Shown here: one piece after another, positions 35,501 to 47,800 of the stretch
Position numbering within the stretch: the stretch's first letter is position 1
Layout of the letters: every line of letters begins with the position of its first letter
Assembly: GCA_905171695.1 (NCBI GenBank)
Contig: LR991653.1
Coordinates: 1,338,150 to 1,402,149, forward strand
Length of the DNA stretch: 64,000 nt
Origin: Candidatus Methanoperedenaceae archaeon GB37
GTDB taxonomy: Archaea; Halobacteriota; Methanosarcinia; Methanosarcinales; EX4572-44
Direction: 5' to 3'
The notes under the pieces: generated by a model
Told to the model about the DNA's origin: nothing
The model's input: the letters and a program-made list of their open reading frames with translations, nothing else
Database searches by the model: none
Translations under genes and position numbers: made by a program

Positions 35501-36276
35501 GCTCTTACCTCCACAGGTTCTATCGGTATAATGTAGGGCTTCCCTCCATCCTCTATGAGAGAGACCTCAACACCGTAGACGCGTCTTATATTCTCTGGTG
35601 TCAGAACCTCATGGGAGGCTCCAACCGCCTCGATTCTCCCCTGGTACATCATACCTATTCGGTCAGCGTACCTGGAGGCTAAATTGAGATCGTGAATCGC
35701 CATTATCGCAAGAATACCATGTTTCTTCGTGATCGTTCTCATGATCTCCATCACCTCGAGTTGATGCCGTATATCGAGGTTCGATGTCGGTTCATCAAGG
35801 AGCAAGACCTCTGGGTCCTGGCAGAGTGCGCGGGCGATCAGGACCTTCTGTCGCTCTCCACCGCTGAGTTCATCAAAGGCGCGAAGCGATAGTTCCTCTA
35901 TATTGAGGAGCTCAACCATCTCCATAACCCTCTCAAGATCGTTCTCTGTAACCCTCCACTGGATGTGAGGACGCCGTCCCAAGAGGATCGCGTCAAATAC
36001 TGTTACTGGTGAGCCTCTCGGTGCGCTCTGCGGGACATACCCGATCTTCTTTGCAAGATCCCCTCGATCAAGATCGCTCACATCATGCCCGTTTAGCAGT
36101 GTTGATCCGCTCGTTGGCTTGAGGATTGCATCGATGCACTTGATGAGCGTTGTCTTGCCGGTCCCGTTCGGGCCAACGATTGCAAATAGCTCTGGGGGCT
36201 CGATCTCGAGTGTTACTCCATCGAGGATCGGGTTTGACCTGTAGCTGAAGGTGAGACCCTTTATCCTGAGCTTCAC
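35497..36276 (-). CDS. ABC transporter ATP-binding protein (FecE/BtuD-type)
   Basis: The GTG start at 36276 overlaps the permease stop (GTGA). VKLRIKGLTFSY..., Walker A GPNGTGKTT, signature LSGGERQ, Walker B LLLDEPTS. The longer track ORF extension overlaps the permease gene. Confidence 0.85.
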   Translation of the reverse strand: MKLRIKGLTFSYRSNPILDGVTLEIEPPELFAIVGPNGTGKTTLIKCIDAILKPTSGSTLLNGHDVSDLDRGDLAKKIGYVPQSAPRGSPVTVFDAILLGRRPHIQWRVTENDLERVMEMVELLNIEELSLRAFDELSGGERQKVLIARALCQDPEVLLLDEPTSNLDIRHQLEVMEIMRTITKKHGILAIMAIHDLNLASRYADRIGMMYQGRIEAVGASHEVLTPENIRRVYGVEVSLIEDGGKPYIIPIEPVEVRA

Positions 36277-37361
36277 CAGTAGCCACCTCGCTCTCTCATC
36301 AATAGATATACGAAGAGGGGTACGCCCATGAAGGATGTCACGATCCCAACAGGCAGTATCACGGGCGCAACGACCGTTCGCGCGAGTGTGTCTGCGGAGA
36401 GGAGGAGGACTGCACCGGTGAGGCATGAACCTGGGAGGAGGAACCTGTGGTCAGATCCTATAGCCATTCGTGTGATATGCGGGCAGACGAGACCTACGAA
36501 GCCTATCGTGCCTGTGAAGCAGATGATCGACGCGGTTATGAGGGCGGCGAGAAACATGCAGGATACCCTGATCCGTTCAACATTGACGCCGAGGCTCTTT
36601 GCGGTCTCGTCCCCTGTTCCAAGAGCGTTGAGGTCCCATGACTTCAGGAAGATATAGGGGATCGTTACTACAAGTATCATCGAGATTATGCCCAGGTTCC
36701 CGTAGGGAAAGTGAGAGGACCAGTTTGCACGGCTGAGGCTTCCGAACATCCAGTAAACAACCTCCTGGACCTCCTCTGCCTCGCCAATGTACTGAAGTGA
36801 TGCTACCATCGCGGTGAAGAGGTACATGATCGCGATCCCTGCAAGTATCATCGTCTCAGAGGATGTTCTTCTGCGCGAGAATCCATAGATCAAGAGCGCT
36901 GCAACCATCGAGAAGAGGAATGCGTTTGCGATTATGATGTGCGCTCCACCAACGACTCCCACACCGAGTATTATCGCAAGTGACGCACCGAATGATGCAG
37001 CCGATGCGATCCCTAGCGTGTAGGGGGATGCGAGTGGGTTCTTGAGTATCGCCTGCATGACCACTCCTGCGATTGCAAGACCGGATCCGGCGAGAATTCC
37101 CATTATAACTCTCTCTATCCGTAACTCCCAGATCACAGTGTATGCAAACTGGTCTACACTGATCTTCTCTGGGAAGAAGCGTTCAAGTATCGCTGAATAG
37201 GTATCTTTCAGGCTTAGATCCGCGGACCCGATCGATGCAGAGAGGACTGCGAGGAAGATGAGGAGTAGGAAGAGAGATATGATGAGATGCAGTTTTCTTT
37301 GTGTCAACCCAGTATACTCTTCTAGTATACTGGACCTAAGACTGGGTTCGGATGTCATCAT
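36273..37361 (-). CDS. FecCD/BtuC-family ABC permease
   Basis: 362 aa, polytopic, with the typical FecCD pattern (..NPLASPYTLGIASAASFGA.., ..LGTGDETAKSLG..). It overlaps both neighbours by 4 nt. Confidence 0.85.
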   Translation of the reverse strand: MMTSEPSLRSSILEEYTGLTQRKLHLIISLFLLLIFLAVLSASIGSADLSLKDTYSAILERFFPEKISVDQFAYTVIWELRIERVIMGILAGSGLAIAGVVMQAILKNPLASPYTLGIASAASFGASLAIILGVGVVGGAHIIIANAFLFSMVAALLIYGFSRRRTSSETMILAGIAIMYLFTAMVASLQYIGEAEEVQEVVYWMFGSLSRANWSSHFPYGNLGIISMILVVTIPYIFLKSWDLNALGTGDETAKSLGVNVERIRVSCMFLAALITASIICFTGTIGFVGLVCPHITRMAIGSDHRFLLPGSCLTGAVLLLSADTLARTVVAPVILPVGIVTSFMGVPLFVYLLMRERGGYW

Positions 37362-38461
37362 ATCTCCGGGTAGATGAATATCATCCCTTCAGGGTACTGA
37401 AGACCCTGCATCTCAAGGTATTCACGGTAGACAGCTTCGGGATCGATCTTGAATTCTGGATGGAATAGTTTTGTCCACTGGACGAGTCCAACGATGCTGT
37501 CAAGCCCGTAGAGTGTCTCGCAGCTTGTGACATAGACGTTCTCCTCGCCTATTATGCTTCTCCATCCAGGGCGATTCATGATCTCGTCTCTGATCTCACT
37601 GGGTTTGGAGGAGTTGTTCCAGCCCCATCTCACGTATCTCTGCTTTATCACTAGATCGGGCTCTTCATCGAGCACCCACTCTGCCTCGACGTGTGGAAAT
37701 GGGGTTGTGAGGTTGTGGGCGATGTTGATCCCTCCTGCAAGGGTGCAGAGTGTATCTGATGCAGAGCCGTTGGCGTATGTTCCGATCTCGCTCAGGTCTT
37801 CCACGCCTTTTGACCCTTCAAGGAAGACTCGTGGTCTCCTCTTCTCCTTCTCAACGAATTCCCTCACGGCTTCTTCGTACCCGGTATACCATTCGATGTA
37901 CTCTTCTGCTCTCTTCTCTTCTTCGAGTAGATATCCAAGCTTCCTGATCTCTTCTTTCAGGTTCTCCTGGTCTGTGAAGTCGAGTCTGAGAACCGGGACA
38001 TCGAATGCTTCGAGATCGAGATCGAGTTCGGCACCTGGCCATCTTACATAGGCGACCACAAGGTCTGGATCGAGTGATGCGATCGTCTCGATATCTGGCT
38101 CGTTCCACTTTCCAACCGATGGTGTGGCATTCAACTCGGGGAAGTAGTATCCCTTCCTTGTTATGATGCCATCGGCAACCCCCACGATCTTCTCGCTGCA
38201 TCCAAGTATCCTGACTGCCTCTGCAGTGTCTGTATTGAGAACGACGATTCGCTTGACCGGGGTGTAGATCGTTATATTTCTTCCAGCAGAGTCCTCGACT
38301 GTGCGGGGATAGTGGTGATGGATCGATGCAGCCTCTCTTGACTCAGAGAGATCCGTAGCTTCAACCGCTTCATCGGTATAGGTTGGCAGGAATATTAAAA
38401 GAACTACTATGAATATAAATAAAATAATACTTATTGATAGGATCTTCCATCCTTTCTTCAT
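37358..38461 (-). CDS. Substrate-binding protein of the FecB/BtuF class (N-terminal membrane anchor)
   Basis: 367 aa with the anchor MKKGWKILSISIILFIFIVVLLIFL and the class III periplasmic-binding pattern (..RIVVLNTDTAEAVRILG...PDLVV..). It is the first gene of the three-gene importer operon. Confidence 0.75.
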   Translation of the reverse strand: MKKGWKILSISIILFIFIVVLLIFLPTYTDEAVEATDLSESREAASIHHHYPRTVEDSAGRNITIYTPVKRIVVLNTDTAEAVRILGCSEKIVGVADGIITRKGYYFPELNATPSVGKWNEPDIETIASLDPDLVVAYVRWPGAELDLDLEAFDVPVLRLDFTDQENLKEEIRKLGYLLEEEKRAEEYIEWYTGYEEAVREFVEKEKRRPRVFLEGSKGVEDLSEIGTYANGSASDTLCTLAGGINIAHNLTTPFPHVEAEWVLDEEPDLVIKQRYVRWGWNNSSKPSEIRDEIMNRPGWRSIIGEENVYVTSCETLYGLDSIVGLVQWTKLFHPEFKIDPEAVYREYLEMQGLQYPEGMIFIYPEI

Positions 38462-38626
38462 ACTAGGTGGTGAGGTGTATCCCGATTGGTAATAAGTTTT
38501 TCGATTTCACAAATCCGAAAATCTTAAGTATTGTATTATAAGTATTACATTCTTTGAGGGTGTGAAGCTGAGAAGAGACGAAGAGGAGGTATGAATTGAA
38601 TCTGAGGAGGATAGGATGAGGATAGA

Positions 38627-39883
38627 ATGATCCCAGATCTATCCACAGTACTCCAGTCAGCAATCTACGAGATATCAACCTTCATGCTCTACCCTGTGAT
38701 GGCTATACTTCTCGGGCTTGTGACCTGGAGCATCATCGAACTGGGGGGTTTTCTCTTCGAGTTTCGATTCCGAGAGAGAGATCTGAAACGGATGGAAGAG
38801 GGTGCACTCCTCGCAAGAAGATACCTCTCCGAGGGAGACGACGATAGCGCGGTCCGCGTGATGAGAGAGAACGGCTCCAATTACTTCGTGCACAGTTTTA
38901 TAAACGATCTTCAGAGCTGCACCGGGAGGAAGGGCGAACTTCGAGCGGTCAAGGTGGAAAAGCTGATACAGGATTACGAGACAGCGATGCAGAAACGCCT
39001 TGAAAAGACGAGATTCCTGACGAGAGCCGGGCCCATGTTCGGGCTGATGGGCACACTCATACCGATGGGACCGGCACTGATGGGACTTATGCGGGGCGAT
39101 GTTGAAGCTCTTGCAAACAACCTCGTGATCGCATTCGGAACGACCGTTGTTGGACTTATGGCAGGGGTTACCGGCTTCATGGTCTCGATGGTGAGGTCTC
39201 GCTGGTACAGGCAGGATATGAGCGATATCCAGTACATATCAGAGGTGATCTTCGGTGATTTTACACGAGATACCGACATGAAGACCCCTCCTCTCGATCT
39301 ATCAGGGGAGGCATCATCTGCTACGCCAAGCGTCACACTCTCGATCGATGAGAGAGACTCGAAGATCAGGGGCATCATACGAACTGTTACGATGAGACTG
39401 GGTGAATCGATCTACTACACCCTCTTCTTCACACCGAGAAGGCTGATCATTGCAAAGACGACTGGCTCACTCCTTGCCAGCCCACTGGTCTTTATGGGTC
39501 TAATCATCTCTATCGACTCTCTTGCAATCATCGCCAGATTTTTCGAGATCGCCATTCCATTCAGCTATTTAATACTTATCAACTCACTTATCTGCGCTGC
39601 ACTCGTGGCTATGATACACGTCTGCAGGGTGCGTGCTAAAAGAAGATCAGACCAGCTCATCCATCTGCACCCCGACGAGATCTTGGCAGACGATGCAGCC
39701 AATCGCGAGATACCCTATCAGGATATCGTGCGAATAGAGGTGACCCATGGATGGTACAACCGCGCAGTGAAGATCTTAACAAGGAATAACCGGTGGATCG
39801 ATCTCGGATGCATCGAGAGATCCCAGCCAAAGAGCATTGGAATCATGCATGAAACACTCCCAGGGCGCATCATCGAGAGGTAG
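38627..39883 (+). CDS. MotA/TolQ/ExbB-family proton-channel protein fused to an extra C-terminal membrane/PH-like region
   Basis: 418 aa. The N-terminal approx. 200 aa have the family signature ..RAGPMFGLMGTLIPMGPALMGL.. The C-terminal half has two more hydrophobic segments and a soluble tail. Confidence 0.7.
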   Translation: MIPDLSTVLQSAIYEISTFMLYPVMAILLGLVTWSIIELGGFLFEFRFRERDLKRMEEGALLARRYLSEGDDDSAVRVMRENGSNYFVHSFINDLQSCTGRKGELRAVKVEKLIQDYETAMQKRLEKTRFLTRAGPMFGLMGTLIPMGPALMGLMRGDVEALANNLVIAFGTTVVGLMAGVTGFMVSMVRSRWYRQDMSDIQYISEVIFGDFTRDTDMKTPPLDLSGEASSATPSVTLSIDERDSKIRGIIRTVTMRLGESIYYTLFFTPRRLIIAKTTGSLLASPLVFMGLIISIDSLAIIARFFEIAIPFSYLILINSLICAALVAMIHVCRVRAKRRSDQLIHLHPDEILADDAANREIPYQDIVRIEVTHGWYNRAVKILTRNNRWIDLGCIERSQPKSIGIMHETLPGRIIER

Positions 39884-39896
39884 AGGTTTTGAGAGT

Positions 39897-40229
39897 ATGA
39901 GGTTTATGAAGAGTAGAATAGAAGCGTTCGAGGATGAAGACGATCCACTGAGCGGGGTTGCAAACCTCTTTGACGTGGCGATGATATTCGCCGTCGGCCT
40001 GCTCGTTGTGACAATGATGCACTTCAGCCTCACAGAGCTCCTCACAACAGAGGACGTAACGATCGTGAAGAACCCTGGAGAGGAAAAGATGGAGGTGGTG
40101 ATCAAGAATGGAACCGAGATCGAGAGACTGAATATGACCGAAGAGACAGTAACAACAAGAGGTCGGAAGATCGCCACACTATACACAACCCCTGAGGGTG
40201 CTACAGTATACGTGGAAGAGGAGAGATGA
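39897..40229 (+). CDS. Small single-pass membrane protein in the ExbD position (DUF2149-like)
   Basis: MRFMKSRIEAFEDEDDPLSGVANLFDVAMIFAVGLLVV... followed by a soluble domain. GAGGT lies upstream of the ATG at 39897. It is coupled to its neighbours. Confidence 0.5.
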   Translation: MRFMKSRIEAFEDEDDPLSGVANLFDVAMIFAVGLLVVTMMHFSLTELLTTEDVTIVKNPGEEKMEVVIKNGTEIERLNMTEETVTTRGRKIATLYTTPEGATVYVEEER

Positions 40230-41818
40230 TCCCACGCAGGATAGCGATAATGGTAACGCTGGCAGTGATGCTCTCCACGGCATCGATAGACGTTCTATCT
40301 GCAACCCTCGATCCAGAGAGTCCAGAGTACTGGAGTGATGTAGGGGACGCAACACTCTACAAGGGAGATACCTATAGCGCGAAGGGCTATACCATCGAAT
40401 TTCTCGATTATGAGTCCGTCCCGTTCGAAGCCAGCCTCGTCCACCTCGAGCTTCGAAGAGGAGATGACGTACTCGCAGACTTCATCCTCAATGCCACCTG
40501 CAATGCCTCGAATGAGACGATAGCAGTCTGTGATGAATTTATCTGGAACGATGAGGTCAAGGTCGAGATATACGCCGATACCGAGGAAGATCCACGATCC
40601 AAGAATCCTCTCGACTGGCCAAATCCCTCTATCCACATCAACCTCTACCTGCGAAAGATGCCAGAGATCTCACTTGAACTTGAGACCAACTGCGAGACGT
40701 ACACTGCACAGGACTCTCTGATCTTTCTCAGAGCGATAGTCGAGAATGAGGGGGATGCGGTGATCAAGAACCTGAGCGTGACAATCGATCCAGGCAGTTT
40801 GAGGTTGACAGACGGAGATCTCACCCGGCACTGGGGCAGTCTCGATCTCGATTGCGAGGAAGAATTCCATGCAAGACTACAGGTTCCATCCTGGATAACT
40901 GACCCCGCTGGAGAGTCGTTCGTGATCTTTGCAAATGCAACAGGCTTCGATGAGAAGGGCGTGGTCTACAGCAAGTCCACCTCAGCTGAAATCCTCGTAT
41001 TGCCAAGATGGGGTCTGAAGGTCAGAAAGAGTGTTAACAACATAACGATGGAAGAAGAAGCATGGGTCAGGATCGACGTGGAGAACACCGGGAGAGAAGC
41101 GCTCTCAATCGAGATAAACGACGCCACTCCAGAGCACTTCACCCTCTGCGACGACGAGAACCTCAACTGGAGATACAACATAACACCTGGAGAGAGAGTG
41201 CGATACTCGTACTTCATGAAACCGACCCGACCAGGCATCTTCAACCTTCCACCAGCAACTGCCACGTTCTCAGCGAACGGAGAGACGATCAACGTCACAT
41301 CGAATAACTGCACCCTCGCTGTTGATGGTGCATACATTGAGGTGAAGAAGAGAGCAGAGCCAGCAATAGTTACACCAGATGAAGATCTGAGAGTTATAGT
41401 GACCGCTACCAACACTGGAAACAAGGATGCAGTCATTGAACTTAGAGATCAAGTGCCAGTAAGTGCCCGGGTCACCAGTGGCAACACCACGATGCACGCA
41501 ACACTCTCACCAGGGAGTACGAGAAAGATCAGTTACACGATCACACTCAACACCACAGGGAAGATCACACTCGAAGCGCCAGTTGTGGCAGTGACAGGGA
41601 GTGGCTACAGCCGTGTTACCACATCACGAATGCCCGTGATCGAGGTGAGAGATACCGCTATCAAACCCACGCCGAGTACACTGAATAATCAAAGCGATAC
41701 TATCACACCCGAAGCCGAGAAACCCCAGAGAGAGAGACTGCCAGCGATGATGATATACGAGATCATGCTTGCAACAAGCACACTCGCACTCGTCTATCTG
41801 ATAAGCAGGTTCAGATGA
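40226..41818 (+). CDS. Secreted beta-sandwich-repeat protein with a C-terminal membrane anchor
   Basis: 530 aa with a signal-like N-terminus, many N-x-S/T sequons, repeated segments of the ...VENTGREALSIEINDA... / ...ATNTGNKDAVIELRD... type, and the C-terminal anchor IYEIMLATSTLALVYLISRFR. Confidence 0.55.
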   Translation: MIPRRIAIMVTLAVMLSTASIDVLSATLDPESPEYWSDVGDATLYKGDTYSAKGYTIEFLDYESVPFEASLVHLELRRGDDVLADFILNATCNASNETIAVCDEFIWNDEVKVEIYADTEEDPRSKNPLDWPNPSIHINLYLRKMPEISLELETNCETYTAQDSLIFLRAIVENEGDAVIKNLSVTIDPGSLRLTDGDLTRHWGSLDLDCEEEFHARLQVPSWITDPAGESFVIFANATGFDEKGVVYSKSTSAEILVLPRWGLKVRKSVNNITMEEEAWVRIDVENTGREALSIEINDATPEHFTLCDDENLNWRYNITPGERVRYSYFMKPTRPGIFNLPPATATFSANGETINVTSNNCTLAVDGAYIEVKKRAEPAIVTPDEDLRVIVTATNTGNKDAVIELRDQVPVSARVTSGNTTMHATLSPGSTRKISYTITLNTTGKITLEAPVVAVTGSGYSRVTTSRMPVIEVRDTAIKPTPSTLNNQSDTITPEAEKPQRERLPAMMIYEIMLATSTLALVYLISRFR

Positions 41819-41854
41819 AACCAACCCACCAAAACCACGTGGTGAAGAAATAAT

Positions 41855-44800
41855 ATGAAGATGCAGCATCTCTCTCTCGGGCTTCTCCTCCTCGGAATCA
41901 TCACAACCAGCGCGGTCCCATCAACCCAAGTCACCAATACCAGCAACCAGCCCACACCATTTCTGATCTACGGAGAGGTATTCTATGAGAACAACACCCA
42001 GGTTGACGCTCCAAGGGTTGTTGTGACGAACCTCAATACGAGCAGGGAACTTGTTGCTGAAAACCACAGCGGAGAAAACTTCTACCAGGTCATAACCACT
42101 ACCTCAGAGATACACCCCGGCGATCTACTGCTCATCAGCGCGGAGAAGGATGGAAGACCGGTTGGAAGTGTGAATCGCACGATAACAATGAATGAGAGTC
42201 GTGCTGGAGTTCTCATCGTGGATATCAACCGCGGACTCCCTGATCTTCGGGTGATAGGAATATTCCCACCCCAGTGTATATTCGACAGCAGGAATAACAC
42301 GGTCAATGCCACGATAGCAAACAACGGAACCACCCCGGCAGGAGGATTCAATGTGAGCCTTGCTGTGAATGGCGATCTCTTTGAGAGAGCACGTATCGAG
42401 TCACTTAATACGGGGTGCACCGAGAATCTCACCTTCAACTGGACGCCAGTAGAGAGAGGGAACCATACTCTGACCGTGACTGCGGATTCTGACGGTGAGA
42501 TCGATGAGTCGGATGAGATGAATAATGCTACGAGCGTGTCGGTACTCGTTGGCGCACCCGATCTCACTGTGACAGATATAAGCGTCAAAGGCTACGTGCT
42601 TGACCCAGAGTACCCGGATGAGACCGTGCCAGTCTTCGAGTACCCGAATAATGTAACGGCCACGATTCTGAACAGAGGGCGTCTGAGTGCTGATGCCATG
42701 GTTGAGTTCTGCAGTGAGCTTAACATCTCAAGCACACCTATAATCAGGTTTTTTACGGGTTATGGAAACTCATCAAACGATACCATCACACAGCCAAACG
42801 CCAGCAGGACAAGGGTTCATTTTATCAGTGTGAACCCGGGAGCATACTCGTATGTTAACATATGCGATGAAGAGAACAATACCGTGGAGACCATTGGTAA
42901 TCACAGGTCTGATTACTGGAGCAACTGGGTGGATGGCGATACCCTGCGGGTGCACGCCCGCATCGCCAGTACATCAGATTACATCTCTTTTGTTATAGAT
43001 AAATACGAATATGTGTTTGCAGATGCAAGCGTATCGATAGCTGCTAACAAATCCGTGAATATTACCAGAGTATGGCACGCCGACCCCCCGAGATTCACGA
43101 ATGAAACAGGGACCAGATACGTGATGATACCCTGTTACACACTCTCAGTGATTGCAGACCCTGCTGACACGCTCTGCGAACTCGATAAATCAAACAACAC
43201 CTACAGAAGAGAAGCGAGACTATACTACCCCTACGACTTCACGATCACGAACATAACATTTTCACCAGAGCATCCAAGAGAGGGCGATCCTGTGACCATT
43301 GATGCAGCCATGAGAAATAATGGTTTCAGAAGCATAGATGCGAGGGTTGCCTTCTACATCGATGATAGCATTCTTGCGGGAGAGAGTGTATATTTCAGGG
43401 CGAATAAGACAGAACATGTCACGGCAATATGGAATGCGCTACCTGATATAAACCACCTGAGATGGGAGCACAACATAACAGTCGTGGTCGATCCAGAGAA
43501 CGAGATAGAGGAGCAGGATGAGGAGAATAACAACCTCTCCAGAGTGATGAATATAACACTCCCAAACCTCACGATCACAGAGATAACAACCGATCCCGAA
43601 GAGCCAATCATCGGCGATACCATCGCTGTGACGGCTACCATCAGAAATGATGAGAATAGGACTGCAAATACCACGGCGTGGTTCTGCGAAGAGAACAGCA
43701 GCATACGGCTCACTGGCAGTGTCAACAGACCAAAATCACGGGTAATTGAATTTGATGAAGTCATCACGCACGAGGATGCGATCATGATGAGGGCGTACTG
43801 TACCATACATGGTGGGGTTGACGCTAGTGGTGGTACTCTCAAGGTCTATCTCAACGATCGCCAGGTGCTGACGTGTACAGGTGGAAATTTCAACTGGTCT
43901 GGATGGACATCGTGGACTTCTGGAAGCACCAAAATGATAAATATAACAGTAAAAGGAGATAACGTGCCGGACAACGACTTCCATGTTGACTACAGCATAG
44001 ATAAGTACCAGGCAGTATTTGGAAACACAAGTATAGTCATACCTGCCAACGAGTCCGTGAACCAGTCGATGAACTGGAGAGTGACTCAGAAAAATCCAAG
44101 ATTGATCGTTACTACGAGCAATGCCACAAACTCAACAGATGTGTCTGTGAGCGGGACCGATATTGCAGTTCAAGACCTATCGATCAGTGATGATCTCCTG
44201 TGGGATGGGGATGTTGTGAATATCACTGCTGTGATCGCCAATTTCGGTCGAATGAATGCAAGCAATATCACGGTCGCATTCTATGATGTGCCCCTCGATG
44301 CTGGCAATCAGACGGTGCTCATCGCCAAAAGAGATATCGCATCCCTCGATGCTGGTGAGTCGAGAGATATCACAGTGCCATGGATTGCATCCCTGAAGGT
44401 TGGAAGGGATATCTCATACAACCACACCATACAGGTCAAAACAATGCCAGAGGATAGTTACATTGAGGATAATCCAGAAAATAATACAATATATTCGAAT
44501 ACGATTATGGTAAAGCGTTCCCGTGATTTTTCGCTCACCGACATCTCTTTTTCCATGAACAATGAGACGCTTGATCCAGTGAATCTGAGCATAGGTGAGC
44601 TTTTGACCATAAACGCCACGATAGATGCCACGAATCTTGCCAGTTGCGGCGGAAGTGTTGAGGTAAGCTGCTATCTGGATAACACTCTGATCAACATAAC
44701 AACGGTCTCATTCCCTGCTGGCAATGAAACCGTAGATGCAGAATTTGAGTGGAATGTACGTGCTCATGGAAATCACACCATCACCGTGATCGCAGATCCT

Positions 44801-47800
44801 GAGAATAATATATCTGAATTCAATGAATCAAACAATGCGTCCAGTCAGGATATTTACATAAGAGCATCTGATATTACCGTAACAGATTTGACATTTGATC
44901 CAGCACGTCCGGAAGAGGGGGAGCCGGTGAATATCACGGCAACCGTGAGCAATCTGGGTAATAAGGATGCGAGTGATGTGACTGTTAGATTCATAGATGA
45001 ATCCTTTACTGATACGGAGGATGTGCAAATACCTCTGAATGCAGGCGATGAAAAGAACGTGACCGTGCGATGGAATGCAACGCCAGCCGGAGAACACATC
45101 ATAACCGCAGTGATCGATCCCAAAAATGAGAATCTGGAATCCGATGAATCGAATAACGAGTTAAGCAGAACATTGATTGTCCAAGGTGCGGATCTTACAG
45201 TCTCTGATCTACGGCTGGAAATCAACGGCACCGAAGTAAAGACCAGCACAGTGATAACGGCTGGCAGGGTCGTGAATATCAGTGCCGTGGTCAAAAACAT
45301 CGGAATAAGACCCGCAAGGAACCTCGATGTGAGTTTTTGTGTTAACGATATGGAGATTGCCAGCAGAACCAATCTGAGTCTGAATATCACTGAGTCGGTG
45401 AACGTATCGGCAAGATGGAATGCCACGATTGGGAATCACACCATCGCCGTTGTGGCAGATCCAGAAAAGCGCATACATGAGACGAATGAGTCGAATAACA
45501 CGGCAGTGAGAGATATGTGGGTAGAGGGTGCTGATCTACTCGTCACAAACATCTCATGTCTCGTGATACCCCCAGATGGTGCAGCCATCAATGATACCGG
45601 CAGCGTGTTGTATGATACCGATACCCTATTGATCAATGCCACGATTGCCAACCGCGGGATCCTCTCGGCTGATAACTTCTCTGCACATATCTTCTATGAG
45701 ACTGGGGGGACTGGAGGTTTTGGCAAGTTGAAGGATGAGTGCGGGACTGGTAGCTGGATATGGATCAACAGGACTGTCGATGGTGCAGAGTGTGTCTACG
45801 TTAATATCCAAGATGCTATAAATATCAAAGATAATATAAAAATATATGATTGCAATGGCAGACTCATAGCCTGTCCTGAAGGTGACGGCTGGTATTATGT
45901 GGATGGTGATGAAGCAAACGTGTACTTCCAGAGCAAACACGGAGTTGGAATCCGCATGAGCTTTTATGCTGGCGAGATTCACCGATATGATCAACTGAAT
46001 ATCCTAGCCAATCAATCAAACAACCTCGCAGTAGAGCAGCAGGTATCTACCGGGGATCATGCCATCAGGGTCTTCATTGATCCTGAAAACAATGTAAGTG
46101 AGAATAGTGAAGACAACAATTATGCAGACCATGCACTGGTTGTGTATCCAGCAAGGGATTTTGTTGTGAGCAACATGCAAATATTCCATAATGAGTCTCC
46201 GATCGATCTCAACGACACGATCATGGACGGGGATACAGTACTTGCAAACGCCACTCTCAGAATGGATATCAATGAAAGCGATCCATATCACGAGTACAGG
46301 ACGGGTGTGGTTGATCTTTTGAGTATAAACGAGCATGAGTGGGTTTCCATCACACCACGATCTGTACTCACACCCTACGGATATGCCAAGATGATCACAT
46401 ACCCAGGAGCCGATGCGATACGGGTGCACTTCGATGAGCTAACTCTTCCATGGGCAGGGTGTGTTGAGATCAGGAATAGTAGCGGGGCAGTGGAGTGGAC
46501 TCGCTGCTGGAAGAGTAAGGATAAGTTTGACCACAACTCCTCGTGGGTTGAGGGAGATACGATCTATGTCTACAAGGTTGAAAAACCAACGGCGAGCACG
46601 CCTGTCTGGGGACGCACCACATTCTCCATTGACAAATACCAGTACAGGAAATTGAATCATACACGTGTATTGCTTGGTGCAGGCAGTACCCGAAAGATCA
46701 CCACTCTGTGGGATGTAAGTGCAGGAAACCACACCCTACAGGTACTAACCGATGCAGAAGATGTGGTGGGTGAGATAAACGAGTCAAACAATGAGATATC
46801 CAGAAAACTCCAGGTTGAAGCCTGTGAGGATCCCGGTGTTTTAAACATCACCTTCACCCCGCAAAAGCCGGGAGCTGGAAGCGATGTGCTGATAAATACC
46901 ACAATCACAAATTTTGGAAATCGGACAGCCAATTTCACGGTTGATCTGTGGGCTGAGAAGATCGAGTACCACCCGTTCGAATCACCGCATGATGAGGAGT
47001 TCCCGGTGGGTGGTAAGTACACGTGGGAGATACCATCCACGTACCCTGACGCAGATTGGATGGGTATTCACTTCAAGAAGATCAGCATGTCACAGAGAGT
47101 AGGAGAGACCACGATCAAGCGAAACCTCTACGTGTGGGATGAAAATGACACTATAGTGGATAATTTTTGTGGCTCAGAGGAGAGCGACGTATGGGTATGG
47201 GTGAGAGGAGATCGGGTCAAACTCAGGACAACAAAGTGTGATATGTTCCCTGGCTACCATGTCTGGGGTTTCAACATCACAGAGCATGGATATAGGATTA
47301 TACTCAACCACACCATACTGACCCTTGCCCCCAACGAAACAGCAACTGTCACGGGAAGATTGAGTAATGTGCGTGCAGGGAACCATTCCATGAATTACAC
47401 TATCTACGCGAGCCTCGATATGAATAACACCGTCTATGAAATGAACGAGTCAAATAATGAGATGGTTAGAGTCCTTAACATATCAATGCCTGATTTCACG
47501 GTCGACATCCATCCCCCAACAGCATACAGTGGTATACGTGCTGCATTCAGAAACATCGGTTCTGGCAGTACCAGTGCAAGGATCTTATTCTCTCGAGACG
47601 TGGATTATTCAGTTCGCAAAAGCGGGAGCTGGTACACAGTGGTCCCAGAAGATCCGATTCAAGATGATATCGACTGGACACGTCTCCACTTCAAGGAGTT
47701 GAACATAAGAGCGGGCGGGTACATGGAAGTTGGAGGCAGGCGATATGAAGAGAGTGAATCAGACTTCTGGTCACCATGGGTTGCCGGGGATCGTGCACGG

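Noticed and set aside
31881-35536. Numerous 60-200-aa ORFs on both strands inside cobN (e.g. 31881-32459, 34374-34976).
   Set aside because: They are all nested in, or antisense to, a 1209-aa ORF with clear CobN identity. They have low-complexity R/S/P-rich translations typical of off-frame reading of GC-normal coding DNA.
36277-36426. The 50-codon N-terminal extension of the ABC ATPase ORF (MPHRCSPPPLRR...).
   Set aside because: It overlaps the permease gene and is low-complexity. The GTG at 36276 overlaps the permease stop in the usual coupled arrangement and precedes the conserved start of the ATPase.
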